DNA of 63,125 nucleotides, filler included, from Chrysochromulina tobinii (taxonomy: Eukaryota): assembly GCA_001275005.1 (NCBI GenBank). It is 11 parts of 11 records of this genome, joined end to end, with 100 filler letters (N's around TTAATTAATTAA, not from the genome) between each part and the next. Parts side by side here need not be neighbours in the genome. Positions count along the whole stretch, not along the records: positions 32,647 to 36,937 come from JWZX01000085.1; positions 37,038 to 49,081 come from JWZX01000086.1; 9 more parts are not named here. One strand, given 5' to 3'. Made by a program: the position numbers and the translations under genes. This document shows positions 32,647 to 45,512 of the stretch, piece after piece. The notes under the pieces are model-generated. The model saw nothing but the letters and a program-made list of their open reading frames with translations, did no database searches and was not told the DNA's origin. Position 1 is the first letter of the stretch; every line of letters starts with the position of its first letter.

Positions 32647-35600
32647 AGCGGCGACGGTAACGATGCCGACGGCAACGGCGACGAGCGCGCCCGGAAGCGG
32701 AGCCGCGGGGCGCACGCAGGGGGCGACGGAAACCACGCGGGCGACGGCGGTCGCGGCGTGAACGGCGGGGGCGACGGGGGAATCAGTCTTGACGAAGACG
32801 GATCCGCCGTCTTGACTCGAAAGATCCTCGTCCACGTACGCTACAAGATCACGCACGGAGGCGGACGGAGGGACGCATATCGCGTTCACGAGCGGTGGAT
32901 GCCACGCGACAACACGTCGACCGAGCTATATGCGGGCGTCGCAGCGACGCTGGGCACGGAGGGGCTTATCCTGCGGAGACGCGTCCCCCTAGAGTCGACG
33001 CGCCGCACACAAGCGGTCCGAGAAAACGGGGACGCCGTCGACGAGGCACGTCGCGCCGACGTATGGCTCCCGGACGGCGTGGACATTGTCCCTCGGGACG
33101 ACACACCGATCCGCTCCATACTCTACTACACCTACATGCTCCACGTCGACGCCGAGGAGGGCCCCGAAAGCGCGACCGCCCACGACGAAACGGCAGTTGG
33201 CGCAAGGGGCGACAACGGGGACGGCGGCGGCGGCGACGGAGAAGGCGGCGCCGACAGGGACGGCGAAGATGACGGAGAAGGCGGCGCCGACGGGGACGGC
33301 GACGATGGCGGCGGCGGCGATGGGGACAGGGGCGGCGGCGGCGACGGCGACGGAGGCGGCGGCGGAAGCGGCACGCGAGCGGACCACGGCGACGACCGTG
33401 GTCGCAGCGAGGGCAACGGGTCAACGCCCCCAAGCCTCCTGCACATAGCGGCCAACACGGTCGTGCTGCAATGCGCGACGCGCAGCGAACTCGGCTGGGC
33501 AGTAGTGCACTCGGGCGTACTTGCACCCAACGGCAGGAACGCATGGGACATCGCCGATCTAATCTGCCAAGAGCTCCTCGACATGGATGCCGGAACGCTT
33601 CCTGCCATCGGGAATGCCATCAGCACGGCGGCAACACGACACCTCAGTATTGACGGGCTCGTCGGCGATCTTTTCGCCGCCGCCCTAGACATCGTCCCGA
33701 CCCTTAACAGAGCGCTCCGAGGCCAACGCCGGCCAGACGTACAGCCGCGAATGCTCCTACGGGTTCTCCTCACCGCCGCGTATCGACCGGCCGCAGCCCG
33801 GTCTGAACGGCACGTGGCAGGTGATCCTCGCGCCCGAGGGCGAAGACGCATACTCGCTCCTTCGACTCGTACACGGAGGCGCATTCTCAAGCCGCGAAGC
33901 GGCGGTTGCACGACTAGCGCCAGTGTGGCACACCGTCGGCGCGACTCCCGCCATTACGTACGTACCGCGTCTCGCCGCGGCGGGTCTGAAGGATGCGGTG
34001 ACACCTCACCGGACGGACGACCCTGTCGAGCCGCCCCAGGTGGCACTGGCGATACAAGCTACTGCGGTGCCGACGGCGTCGGTCGGACCGGCGAGGGCGG
34101 CCGCTTGCGCCCATTTGGCCGACCACGACGGCACGCACGATCCCGTCCCTGACGCGCCGCCGACGGCAGCAGACGGCCCATCCACGCGCACTGACGGCGA
34201 AAGCGACACGAAAGAGGCGGCGGAGGAGATGGATTGGGGGGGAGAGGTGCACAGGGGCGACTTCGACGCCTCCCTCGGGAGATACCATCCGATTCGTGAT
34301 CCATCCACGCTCCGCCTCCCACCCCTCCACGAGCGACGCATTACACTCGCGGAAGCCCTCCAGGAGCTGCGCTTACGGAAGGAGGTGACCTCGGGCCACA
34401 ATCTCAACTGCCTTGCGTACTCTATCCTGCTCGGCACAGACAGAATCGCGCCGGCAGCGCAATGGGTGACAAAAGAGCGGGGTGACGAGGAGCGCCGGCG
34501 CACGCACGAGACCATCGTGCGCCGCCTCCCGCCGGAGGCGGACACAAAAATAGGTCCCAATGGGGTGTGGTGGGCGGGTCAGACGCGGGATAGCCTGACC
34601 AGGACGATGGAAACCTCTCAAGTCATGGGCGAGGCACACGTGCATGGCTTCTGCAACAGAATCGACCGCTGTATCGTGATCGTCGATGTACGGGAGTCGG
34701 CGGCCGTAATATACAAGTACCTGCCGGGCTACGCCGCGCAGAGTCAGATCTCCATGCGCGAAGCTCACGAACTACGTAACAGTGATGAGCAGCCCATCTG
34801 GGTACTACTCGAACCCGATCACTTCAGCGCACTGTTACCAATACGGCGGCCCATCGCCTCAACGCCGCAGGCGCCCACAGGAGCGGGGGCACCCGCCAAG
34901 GTGACAAATGGCGCGGGGGCAGGCTCCGCGAGCGCGACGGCACAGGAACCGGAACAACGACCCTCACTACCGGAAAAGGGGTCAGCGCCGGTACCGGACA
35001 AACCCGAGGGTACGCAACAGCGGGGGGACGCAGCGGAGACAAAGATCGAGTGGGCCACGCGGATCTTCACGGACATGGGATACCCAATCGGCGCACGCAC
35101 GGAGATCGGGGACGCGGACGTGTACGCGATCGCACGGTATGTCGCGGACGCAACGGCCGGCGTGGAGGAAGCCGGGGACGGAAGATTCAACGAAGCGGCA
35201 GTACGCGAATACATCCGGGAGGGAGGAGGCGACGACAGTACGTACCCGCGCCATATACTACGACAAGCGGTGGGGGACTACCTTCGGCTGCAAAGAGGGG
35301 CCAAACACGCGCGCGACCTTTCCCCCGCCCACCAGGCCGACAACACGGCGGACGACCGAATAGTCTGGCCAGGCGATTCGGTGCGCCTGCAACGCGAGGA
35401 CACACCTGGGCAGCACACCCGCTGGAAGGCATGGAAACAGGGAACCACGGGAACGGTCCTTCGCAGCGCCGGTCGGGGCGACTGGACGGTCCTCATCGAG
35501 GACAAGGCGGGAAAGATCGAGGTCCACGTCCATGACCACGAGGTGCACCTCCTCGCCAAGCGCGCACCGGCGGCAGGGGACGTCATTCTTTCCACAAGGA

Positions 35601-36937
35601 GCACCCCACACACCACCGCGGCGAGGGCCGGGCGGAAGGGCACTCCGGGTACGCACGCATTGATCTTACGGCGGCGGGCACCGGACGACGTGGCGCGCGG
35701 GGGCGCAACCTGGCACGCCTTCCACTGGCATGACCACAGGTACGTGGTCGTCCACGAGGAGGACATGACGCGTGCCCCGTGGCAAGCCCCGTACCGACAG
35801 CAGGAAAGCACGCTGCAATCGCTGAAGGCTCAGGGGGCACTAGTGACAATAGCACAACGCGTGTACGCCCAAACGGGGGACTGGGGAGGCGAGATCCTCT
35901 CGGCTACAATGGACGCCGCCGCACGGGACGGACTCCACACCGATGCGGGGCAGGCGAGCAGGGCAATCCAAGAGGCGAAACAACGATGGCAAGGGGGACG
36001 GCCATGCGCGCACATGGTCACGCTCAATCACGGGGGTATCCTCGTACGCTTACGCGAGACCACCGCGGCCATCCCCGGGCAGCGACGCATGGCGACGGCG
36101 CCAGCACACGCGGACACCGCCGCGCTGGCGTGGGAAGCAGACGGCAGACTATGGCGCACGATGCACACTCTCGCCGACGGGAACGACGTCGTTCTATTAC
36201 AGGAGACCCACCTCCCGGAGCTCGACCCAGAGGGCCGCAGCGAGCGGGTCATGCAAATGCTCACGAGCGGCGAGTACTCGACGTGGCGCGCGGCGGCGTC
36301 GCCCGCCCCGGTGGACGACGCGTATGCGGGCGTTCTCATGTGGTGGAACACCGCCACAGTAGAGGTAACGGAGATCCAAACACTGACACCTGGACGGCTC
36401 CAGCGCGCGAGGGTCCGCGTCTTAGCGGACGGTACGGATTTCATCGTCGTAAACGCGTACGTCCCCACCAAGCGAGGCGCACCGACCGTCCGCCAAGCGA
36501 CAATTCTCGAACACGTCCGGGCACACATCCAGGCAGCAATCGACACGGCGGACGACGCCGGCGACGAGATCGTCATCGGGGGCGACCTCCAGGCTCAGAC
36601 GTCGGCCACCCTCGAAGCGCGCAAGGACACGGGCAGTGTCAATGCGTACGACTCGTGGCTCGACACACTGTGCGCGGAACACTGCCTCCTGAGCGTCGGC
36701 GATGACGAACCCACCTACAGCGGGGGGGCCGGCGGCCCGCAGACGACTATAGACCACTGGCTCGTCAGCACGGGACTCGCCGACCGGGCAGCGGCGGAAG
36801 TGGGAGCGGGCGCGGACGGGCTCGCGGGACTGGGGGACGGTACGCACGGGCACAACTCCCTACAACTGAGCATTACCCTGCGCACCGCCGAAGCGGAGGA
36901 CGCAGAAGAGAAATGGGAGCAGCGGGAACCGCAACTA
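32647..36937 (+). mobile_element. Non-LTR retrotransposon 5' part: OTU-like protease + APE endonuclease (RT not reached before the contig ends)
   Basis: APE motifs VTLNHGG, VVLLQETH, VVNAYVP, IVIGGDLQ, PTY, TIDHWLVS, GH; OTU-like GHNLNCLAYS...EPDHFSALL. Confidence 0.78.
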
Positions 36938-37037
36938 NNNNNNNNNNNNNNNNNNNNNNNNNNNNNNNNNNNNNNNNNNNNTTAATTAATTAANNNNNNN
37001 NNNNNNNNNNNNNNNNNNNNNNNNNNNNNNNNNNNNN

Positions 37038-37305
37038 CACGGACCCGAACGGTGGCGCCTTTGCCAACACCGCGTCGCTCCAGGCCGCCTTGGCTTCCGT
37101 GCCGGGCTTGCCCGAAATCCCCGTGCAGGTCTTTACCCAAACGGTGCGCTACTATGTGCCTGAGCCCCCGGCCGAATCCGGCTGGGCGGCCGGGCCGATT
37201 GTGGGCATCGTGGTCGCCGCCCTCGCGGGAACTACTGTGATTATGGGCCTCGCCTACTTGATGTTGAAGAGGAAGACAAAGACGGCCGAGATCGTGCCTG
37301 CTTAA
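37038..37305 (+). CDS. C-terminal fragment of a type I membrane protein ending EIVPA
   Basis: TM PIVGIVVAALAGTTVIMGLAYLML followed by KRKTK; a 21-bp tandem duplication covers the stop (37286-37328). Confidence 0.65.
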
Positions 37306-37874
37306 GTCCGAGATCGTGCCTGCTTAAGAAGGCGGCGCGTGGCGCCCGTGGGGCTGACTGTGATGGGAAATGACCTGACCTTGCAGAACCAGTGAAGGCT
37401 CGCGCCATGGCGAGCGTCAGCGGCATTCTTAATTTTCATCACTTAACGAGCTCTCGTCCGAGAACCAGTGACCGTCCAAGATCCGCTCTCTCTTGCGAGA
37501 CCGCCTACGCTGCTAGGCGCCGGCGCGCAAGGGGGAGAGCCTCATTAAGGCCCATTTGGCCGCAACCGACAACTTGCCGTACAGTCTCCCCCCCTTTAAG
37601 AAAACAGTGATTTTAGGCTTGCTGTAGATTGCGCCTTTGGCGTGCACCATGGGCTGGTTTCTTAGCGGGCCGGCCGACCAAGTCCCGAAAGGTCCCGATC
37701 GTTTTTGGCGTTTTCTCACATATATTTCTAAGGACCGCCGGCACAATCATGTAGGTTGTAGCTACGTGAAGTCTATTAAAATAACACACACAAGTTCCTC
37801 CGCTCGACTGCGGGACGGGACTCGCAAATGTCGACGCAAATGTCACAAATCATCCGATCACAGGTGCTCCGCGT

Positions 37875-40800
37875 TCACGCCGGCGGCCCCAGGGTCGCAA
37901 GGAAGCTCTGTAGGTCAAACTCCTCCTCATACTGCTCAGCGCTCCACAGCTCGCCCACCGTCTCCAGTAAGTTATGGAGCCCACCGCTGGTGCTGCCGCC
38001 GCCTTCGCCGCCGCCGCCGGCACTAGCGGCCCGAGAGTGCGCCGCGCTCGGCTTCCCGCTCGGCTTCTCACCTGCTCCGGTAGCGCTGGCTGCGTACTCG
38101 GCGAGCATGGCCTCGTCTGGCGTGGTCGCGTCCGCGGGCCGAGCCGGCGCGAGCTCAAACAAGTCGAGCAGCTCGTGCGTGTTCATCGTGGAGAGCGCCG
38201 CGTTCTGTTGGTTGACGACCGTGGCGGCCACGTGCCGTTTGAACGCCTGTGCGCTCATGATCTTTTCCTCGAGCGTGCCGCGCGTCACGAGCCGGTACAC
38301 GTTGACGACGCGCCGCTGCCCAATACGGTGCGCACGGTCCATCGCCTGCGCACCACTCGGTGGCACATCCAGAGGCACATTCAGAGGCACTCAGAGGCAC
38401 TCAGAGGCACTCAGAGGCACTCAAAGGCACTCAGAGGCACTCAGAGGCACTCAGAGGCACTCAGAGGCACACGCCAGGGGAGACGGGAGAGGGCATCGAC
38501 ACACCTGCAGGTCCTTCATCGGGTTCCAGTCGTGGTCGAGGAAGATGACAACGTCGGCACCCGTTAAGGTGAGCCCGAGCCCACCCACCGACGTCGTGAG
38601 CAGCATCAGGTCGATCGACGCGTCGGAGTTGAAACACTCGGCGAGTGCGAACCGGTCGGGCGCGGCTACCTTGCCGTCGAGCCGTAGGTAGGAGACGGTA
38701 GGCATATGTCCCTCGAGCAGCTGGGGGCGAGGTGAGCGCGAGATGAGGGCGAGATGAGGGCGAGATGAGGCGAGATGAGGCGAGATGAGGGCGAGATGAG
38801 GCACTCAGAGGCACGCAGAGGCACTCAGAGGCTGCCGGAGGGCAATCCGATGTTAATCAAAGGGCAATCCGAAGGCAATCCGAAGGCAACCCGAAGGCAA
38901 TCCGAGGGTAATCACCTGAGACTCGACGAGATCAAGTAGAGCACCGCTTTGGCTGAAGATCAGGGCGCGATGCGTCGCGAGAGGCGTGACCGCGCTGCCC
39001 TCCTCCTCCACCTCTAGGGCTACACCCAACCCGTTCTCGTTGTCGCTCCCGCCCTCGCCGCTGTCGCCAAGGGCGCCGCCGCCCTCGCCCTCGCCGCCGC
39101 CTCTGCGGCCGCCGCGCCGTCCGCCGCCCTCGCCGGCAAGGCCGTTGCCACACTCGCGGCCACTCTCGGTGGGCCGCCCGATGCCACACTCATGAAGGAG
39201 TTGCTGGAGCGCCAGCAGCTTGGGCGCGCATGCAAGCGCTGTGAGTCCGCCGCTCGACACCGCGGCAGCCACGCAACGCTCATAGAGGGGATGCGAAGGC
39301 GTGAGGGCGAGCAGCGGGTGGTTACACACACGCCGCAGATATTGGAGTGCGGCGAAGACGTGCGCATGGGCGGCGCCATGGGCGCCGTTGTGAGCGCCGT
39401 GGTGAGTGCCGTGGTGAGCGCTGCCGTGAGCGCCGTGAGCGCCGTCCCCCGCGCTCGCGCTCTCCTCTTGCGCCGCTCGCCCGTGTACCATGCGGACCGC
39501 AGCGTACAGGAGGGCTTGCACTGGATGTAGCTCACACAGTCTGTCCTCGATCACCTGCACTCGGTGTCATATCGCTATCAGACGCAATCCGATTCAATCA
39601 AGTGTCATCAAGTGTCATCAAGTATCATCAAGTGTCATCAAGTGTCATCAAGTGTCATCAAGTGTCATCAAGTGTCATCAAGTGTCATCAAGTGTCATCA
39701 AGGTTCATCAAGGGTCATCAAGGGTCATCAAGGGTCATCAAGTGTCATCAAGTGTCATCAAGTGTCATCAAGTGTCATCAAGGGTCATCAAGGGTCGTCA
39801 AGGGTCATCAAGTGTCATTCAGTGTCATCAAGTGTCATCAAGGGTCATCACCTTGGGCGGCAGCTCGGTGAGCACGGACTCCTTGGTGCGTCGAAGGCAC
39901 AGCGGGAGGACCTGCCGGTGAAGCCGCGCGAGGGCTTCCTCCCCCATCAGCTGCGCCGCCTCGCCCGCGCGCGCTCCTTGCGACGCGTGGATGGGCTGTG
40001 CATACTCGCGCTGAAACGCGAGCTGGGTGCCCAGGTAGCCCGGCATAAGAAAGTCAAACAGTGACCAAAGCTCGAGTGCGTGGTTTTGGAGCGGGGTGCC
40101 CGAGAGGATCAGCCGACGTGCAGCGCGCAGCCGCTTGGCAGCACGCGCAACCTGTGCCTTGGGGTTGCGAATGATGTGTCCTTCATCGAGCACGGCGTAT
40201 TCCCAGCGCACCTGTGGGGAAGGGCAGGGCGCCGTGGTGAGCAAATGCATGCAAGGACTCATCGAGCGCGGCGTATTCCCAGCGCACCTGCACTCAAACG
40301 GCACTCAAGCGGCACTCAGAGAGCAATCAGAGAGCAATCAGAGAGCACTCAGAGAGCAGTCAGAGAGCAATCAGAGAGCAATCAGAGAGCACTCAGAGAG
40401 CACTCAGAGAGCACTCAGAGAGCTGTCAGACCGGGCAGCCGTCCTCTGATCGCCTACCTGTGCCAGCGCGTCGATGTCTGTTCGGAGTGTCTCGTAGGAC
40501 ATCACCACCAGCTCCACCTCATGCACTCGCAAGCGCAGTCGCGCGCGCTGTTGGGCACTTCCCCCATACTCAAGCACACAGAGCCCATCGGAGCCACAGA
40601 ATTTGGTCGCCTCGGCGCGCCAGTGCGCGGTGAGGGTGGCCGGGCAGACGACGATGGAGGGGAGGTTCGCTGGGGGGGAGGTGGCGCCGCCGTTGCCACT
40701 GCTGTCGCTGCCGTTGCCACTGCCGCTGCCGCTGCTGCCGCCACCGCCGCCGCCGCCGCACCCGAGACGCTCGCTCGCGCCCGCGCGTCTCGCTCGTTGC

Positions 40801-43800
40801 TCGTGCGCGGCGGCGGCGAGCACACAGAGCGTCTGCAGCGTCTTGCCAAGCCCCATGTCGTCGCACAGGATGCCATGGAGTCCAAAGCGGCGCAGGAAGG
40901 CGAGCCAATCGACGCCGGCTTGCTGGTAGGGCCGGAGCGTCGTCTTGAGCACCATCGGCAGCTCGTACCGCGGCGGCGCACCGCCCACGACAACGCCCAA
41001 CAGCTGATCCACACAGGGGCGCTCGGCGGCTTTGCGTGCGCGGAGCGCCGCCGACATGTCGATCGGGTCAGCTGTTCCCGGCTCGAGAGGGAGCAGCGGC
41101 ATCAGCTGCCCGAACGCGGCCGAGGCCTCGTGCCGAATGCATGCCGAGCTGTGAGCGAGGCTAGCCACGAGGGGGGTGATCAACAGGGCGGCATACGGCA
41201 GCACACGCGTCTGCAGCGTGCTGATGATCGCGCGCATGCAAAGCGCCGCCCCCAACTGCGTGCCAGGCGGCGCCGTTGGGTGCGCCGCGTGGGGGAGGAG
41301 CTCGAGCAGCGCCTCCATGGCGCCGCAGCCGAGGGCGTCGCAGCACATGGCCACGGCCTGGGCGGCCAGCCGGCGTATGTCGAGCAGCCCTGACGAAGCC
41401 GACGAGGCGGGCGCTGTGGCGGGCGCGCCGTCCGGAGCGCCTTCGCACACCGCCGCCGCCGGCGTCACCGCTGCTGCCTCGCCGCGGCCGTCGGCGACAG
41501 ATCTGGCTCCCTCCTCCTCCTCCTCCCCTTCCACACCTGGCAGCTGAGGCGCCAGCACGACGCGCGCCGTCGCGGGCACGAGGCGCAGCAGCTCGGCCGC
41601 CGCGCCTCCCACGAGGTGTGAACCCACGAGGTGTGAACCCACGAGGTGTGGCGCGAGGGCTCGGAGTATCTCGAGCGCCGAGCGCAGCTGCAGCTCGTCA
41701 TCGAGAGGAGCGCCCTGGAGAGAGGGCTCATGGGTGGCGTCGCGCGGACTCTGAAAGGCCTCAAGAGGCGTCTGAAGCCCCTTCCAAAGCGCGGGAAGCC
41801 GTTCAAAGAGACGATCACCAAACTCGTGGCAGCACGCGCTCAGTGCGGCGCGTGCACCCGTCGCCGCCTGCCTGTCCGCCTCCGCCATCGCTGCCGCCTC
41901 CGCCGCCCCAACCGTCGCGCCATCGGGCCGTCGGCCCACAAGCAGCTTGCACAGATTCGCCACCACCTTGTCTGCGAGCGCGCCCGACACAGCGCCAGCG
42001 CCCGACACAGCGCCCGTGGCCCCTCGGCACGTGTACTGCTTCAAGAGGTTGGCGAGCACCGCGGCAGCACGCGCCTGCACCGCCGGCGGGGCACCCTGGA
42101 CCGCGTTCATGAGCGCCTTGACGATTGGATTGAGCTTCGGCGGCAGTGCGCGGAGGCGTACGATGCCCTCGGCGGCCGCCGCGCCGAGGGTCGTGCACAG
42201 GCTCTCGCGCTGCACCAACACGGCGCGCCTAGCTTCGAGGAGTGCGTCGCGGGCTACCTCACACCGGGCACGCGCACGTGCACTCACGGTGTTGGGCAGC
42301 AGCCCCATCCAATGGGTGTAGATTCGATCGCTCAGAGCGAGGGCCGCCTGCTCGCCCACAGGCGCCCCCGCACCCCCGGGCCAGCTGGCCGACTGGGATG
42401 ACAAAGCACGCAGGGCCTCGGAGGGCGCGCCGGCCGCCTCAAACGCACGCAGCAGCGCGGTGGCGTGCGCCTGCATCTGTGCGAGGGGATGCCTCATCTC
42501 ACGCGCGGTGGCGGCGACCACGGCCGCATCGCTCGCCAGTGAGAGAAGGACCGCACTCAGTGCTGTGAACCCAGTGCTGTGAACGGCACCCAGTGCTGTG
42601 AACCCAGTGATGTGAACCGCGCCAGTTGAATTGTCCATCGCCGCGCCCAAGACAGCGCCCTCGCCTGTCTCGGCGCCCGTCTCGGCGCCCAAAGCCGCTC
42701 GTGCACCCGTCGCGCCGTGGCGCTGCGCCCACTCGGCCACCACCCACGCGCACACCTGCCGCATCGTCGCGGAGGACGTCGAGAGGCCGGTGAGCAAGCT
42801 CGCACGCCACGGGTCGCTGCCCAACAATTCTGACGAAGCAGGCTCACTTTGACGAAGCATGCGCCTGTCCAACGACTGTGACGAAGCATGCTCGCTGCCC
42901 AACAATTCTGACGAAGCAGGCTCAGGCATGGCGGCCGCCTCGCACGCGGCGGCGATTGCACCCAGTGCCGCAGCCCCTCGCGCGTGCATCCCACTCGAGG
43001 CCACTCGAAGTTCAAATGGAAGGGGCTCGCACGCGTCGTGATGGGCATTCTCGTCGTCGTCCAGCGCCACGCCGCCGACAGCGCCGCCGCCCCCGTCCCC
43101 GTTGCCGTCGTTGCTCTTCGCGTTGCGACGCGCAGAGCCAGCGGCCCCACGCCCCCCTGTGCGCATCGTACCGGTGGCCGCCGCGGCGGCGCTGCCATTG
43201 GGGGCAAATGGCGGCCGGTGCAGCCCTCGCAGATGGATAGGCTGGCTTAACGGAGTGCCGAGCATCGCCAGCCAGTCGCCGATGTGAGGCGCGGCGGCCG
43301 CACGCAGCTGGCGCGCGGGTACGACGCGCACCACGGCCGCAAGGGCCGCTTCGGCCGCTGCGTGCACCGATGTGCTCTCATCCAGCAGCGCGGCCTGCAC
43401 GAGCAGCTGCAGCGCTGGACCGAGCTCGCCCGTGTCCTCGGTACCCGCGCCATCTGTGGCGCCGCCGCCGCGGGCACATAGCCACTCTGGCGCGCTCGCG
43501 GCCGGCGCCGCCGGCGCGGCCTGCGCGGCCGCATTGAGCAGAGCTTCGAGCGTGCGAATGGCCGCCGCGCGCGCCGTCGCCGACGGGTGGCGCCAAAAGG
43601 GCCATAGGCGAGGGACAACGGTCGCAAGGCTCGAGGCACCGCCTCCGCCGCCCTTGCCTCCGCCTTTGCCTTCGCCTCCGCCTTTGCCTTCGCCTTCGCC
43701 TTCGCCTTCGTCCTCTCCAAAGGTGGCGAGGGCACTGTAGGGCAAGCAGGCGCAGTAGGCAGAGAGCGTCGTCATCACGTGCGCCGCGGAGGACGTGAGC

Positions 43801-45399
43801 TCATCAAGCTCGAGGAGCACGTCCCAGAGCGCGCCCAGCACGGCACCCAGCGCGCCCGGCGAGAGCAGCGTGCCGACGCGTGCCGCTACGCCCCCCGAGA
43901 GCCTCGGCAGCGACGCAACGCACGTCGTCGTCGTGGTCGCCCGCGAGGGCGGCTCGGAGCGCTTCCGCTGCCTGCGGCAAGAGCGTTGGTAGCAAGTCGG
44001 TGCGCACAGCGAGCAAGTATTTGAGCCCGAGCATTGCGGCGTGACGAACCTCCCACGTCGGCTGACGCGCCATCACCAGCAGCGCTTGCGCCACTTGCGC
44101 CGCCGCGGCCGCTGTCATCGGCTGGAGCAGCACCGCGAGCGCTTGCGCTGCCGTCTCGCGAACGGGTGCGACGACCTTATCACCAGCGGCCCAATCCCCA
44201 AACCGATCGAGAGAGAGTACACAGATGAGCCGGAGGGCGCAGTCCTGCAGCCACTGCGCACGCAGCTCGTCGCGCACCCGTGCGGACACGCCCCCCACCG
44301 CACCCGCCGTGGCCGCATGCGCGCGCAACACGGCGCGCAGCCCCAGCGCAGCGCCGTGTCGGCGCTGCCAACGTGGCTGGAAGAGTGAGCAGCGCAGCTC
44401 AGCACACAGCGGCTCGAATGGCCACTGGTCGCACCTCTCCCACGCCGTCGCATCGTCCAAAGCCGCCACCGCATCGCCCGCCGGATCATCCCCTGACGCA
44501 GCTTGGACGGCAGCCAGTTCAGCTCCCGCCGCTTCGCCTTCGTCGTCGGCAGCCGCGGCCGCGACCGGCGGGCAGCCGGCCGACCCGTCCGAGGCTGTTG
44601 CGCATGGCGCTGGTGCTGCCGCTGGCTCGAGCCGCCGCGCGCGCTTCGCCATCGGCAGCTGCACGACCACGCCATCGGCGCCGCCATCTGTGGCCAGCTT
44701 GGCCGCCCGACGCGCTTTGCGCTTGAGCGTGTTGCGAGCACGCTCTGAGAGAGCACCACCGCTGGCCGCGAGCTCCTCAGCGATCAGGCGTGCGGCGGCC
44801 AACTGATGCGCGTCCGCTGCCGCCGCCCGGTGCGAAGCTGCGGCGGCGCGCCCAGCGCCGAGCACGTCGTCCTCCTTGATGAGGTCCATCATCTCGCGCT
44901 GCTCGCGCCCGCCGATGGCGCTTCCGATGGCGTCGAGGCCGAGCTGCTCCTGCAGGAGCGCCCTCTGGCGGAGCAGGCGCTCGTGCGGCCGGTCGTCCGC
45001 CGCGTCGTTGGCCTCGAACTCCTGCCCACCACTCGCCAGCAGTGGTGCTCCATGGGCCAGCACGCGGTCGATGGCAAAGCTCTCAAAGCTCAACCACGCA
45101 CCGGATGCCTCGTCGCGTGCTGCCGCCTCGACCTCGGCCGACGCCGCGTCCGGATGGCTGGGCTGCCACGTCGTCACCGCCTCGGCGATCTCCTCGAGCG
45201 CATGCGCGGCCGCTCTGCGCGTCTCCCACTCCTCGTGGAAGAGGTAGCACAGCACGCGTTGGAGCAGCGCGTGGAGCTGCTCCGGGTGCTCACGCTGGAT
45301 GGCACCGAGCTGTCGGCCCGCCGCGAGGCGCGCCGCCTCGCTCGGACCGGTGCGCAGCAAGCCCAGCAGGCGGTCAAGGCGACTTGGCCGTGCCATCAT
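37875..45399 (-). CDS. BTAF1: TATA-binding protein-associated SNF2 ATPase BTAF1/Mot1; introns 40212-40457, 39555-39851, 38721-38915, 38346-38504; apparent +1 frameshift at the C6 run 43891-43896
   Basis: SRLDRLL N-terminus; LSLDRFGD..VAPVRETAAQ; LRPYQ; GILCDDMGLGKTLQ; LDEGH; LSGTPLQN; YLRLDG; GGLGLTLTGAD; DWNPMKDLQ|AMDRAHRIGQ; EQYEEEF. Confidence 0.95.
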
Positions 45400-45512
45400 C
45401 GTCCCGTGCTGTGAACGGTGAAGTCTGTGAACTGTGGCTGTTAATACTCGGACGCCTACCACCTGCCAGGCTCTCGTTTGGAGTTTCACTCATCATCCTA
45501 TAAATCACCCGC

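Noticed and set aside
39347..40064. ORFs with VIKCHQVSSS repeats; similar RGTQRHSEAL and SEAIRGHQRP ORFs
   Set aside because: These are antisense translations of intronic 10-mer repeats.
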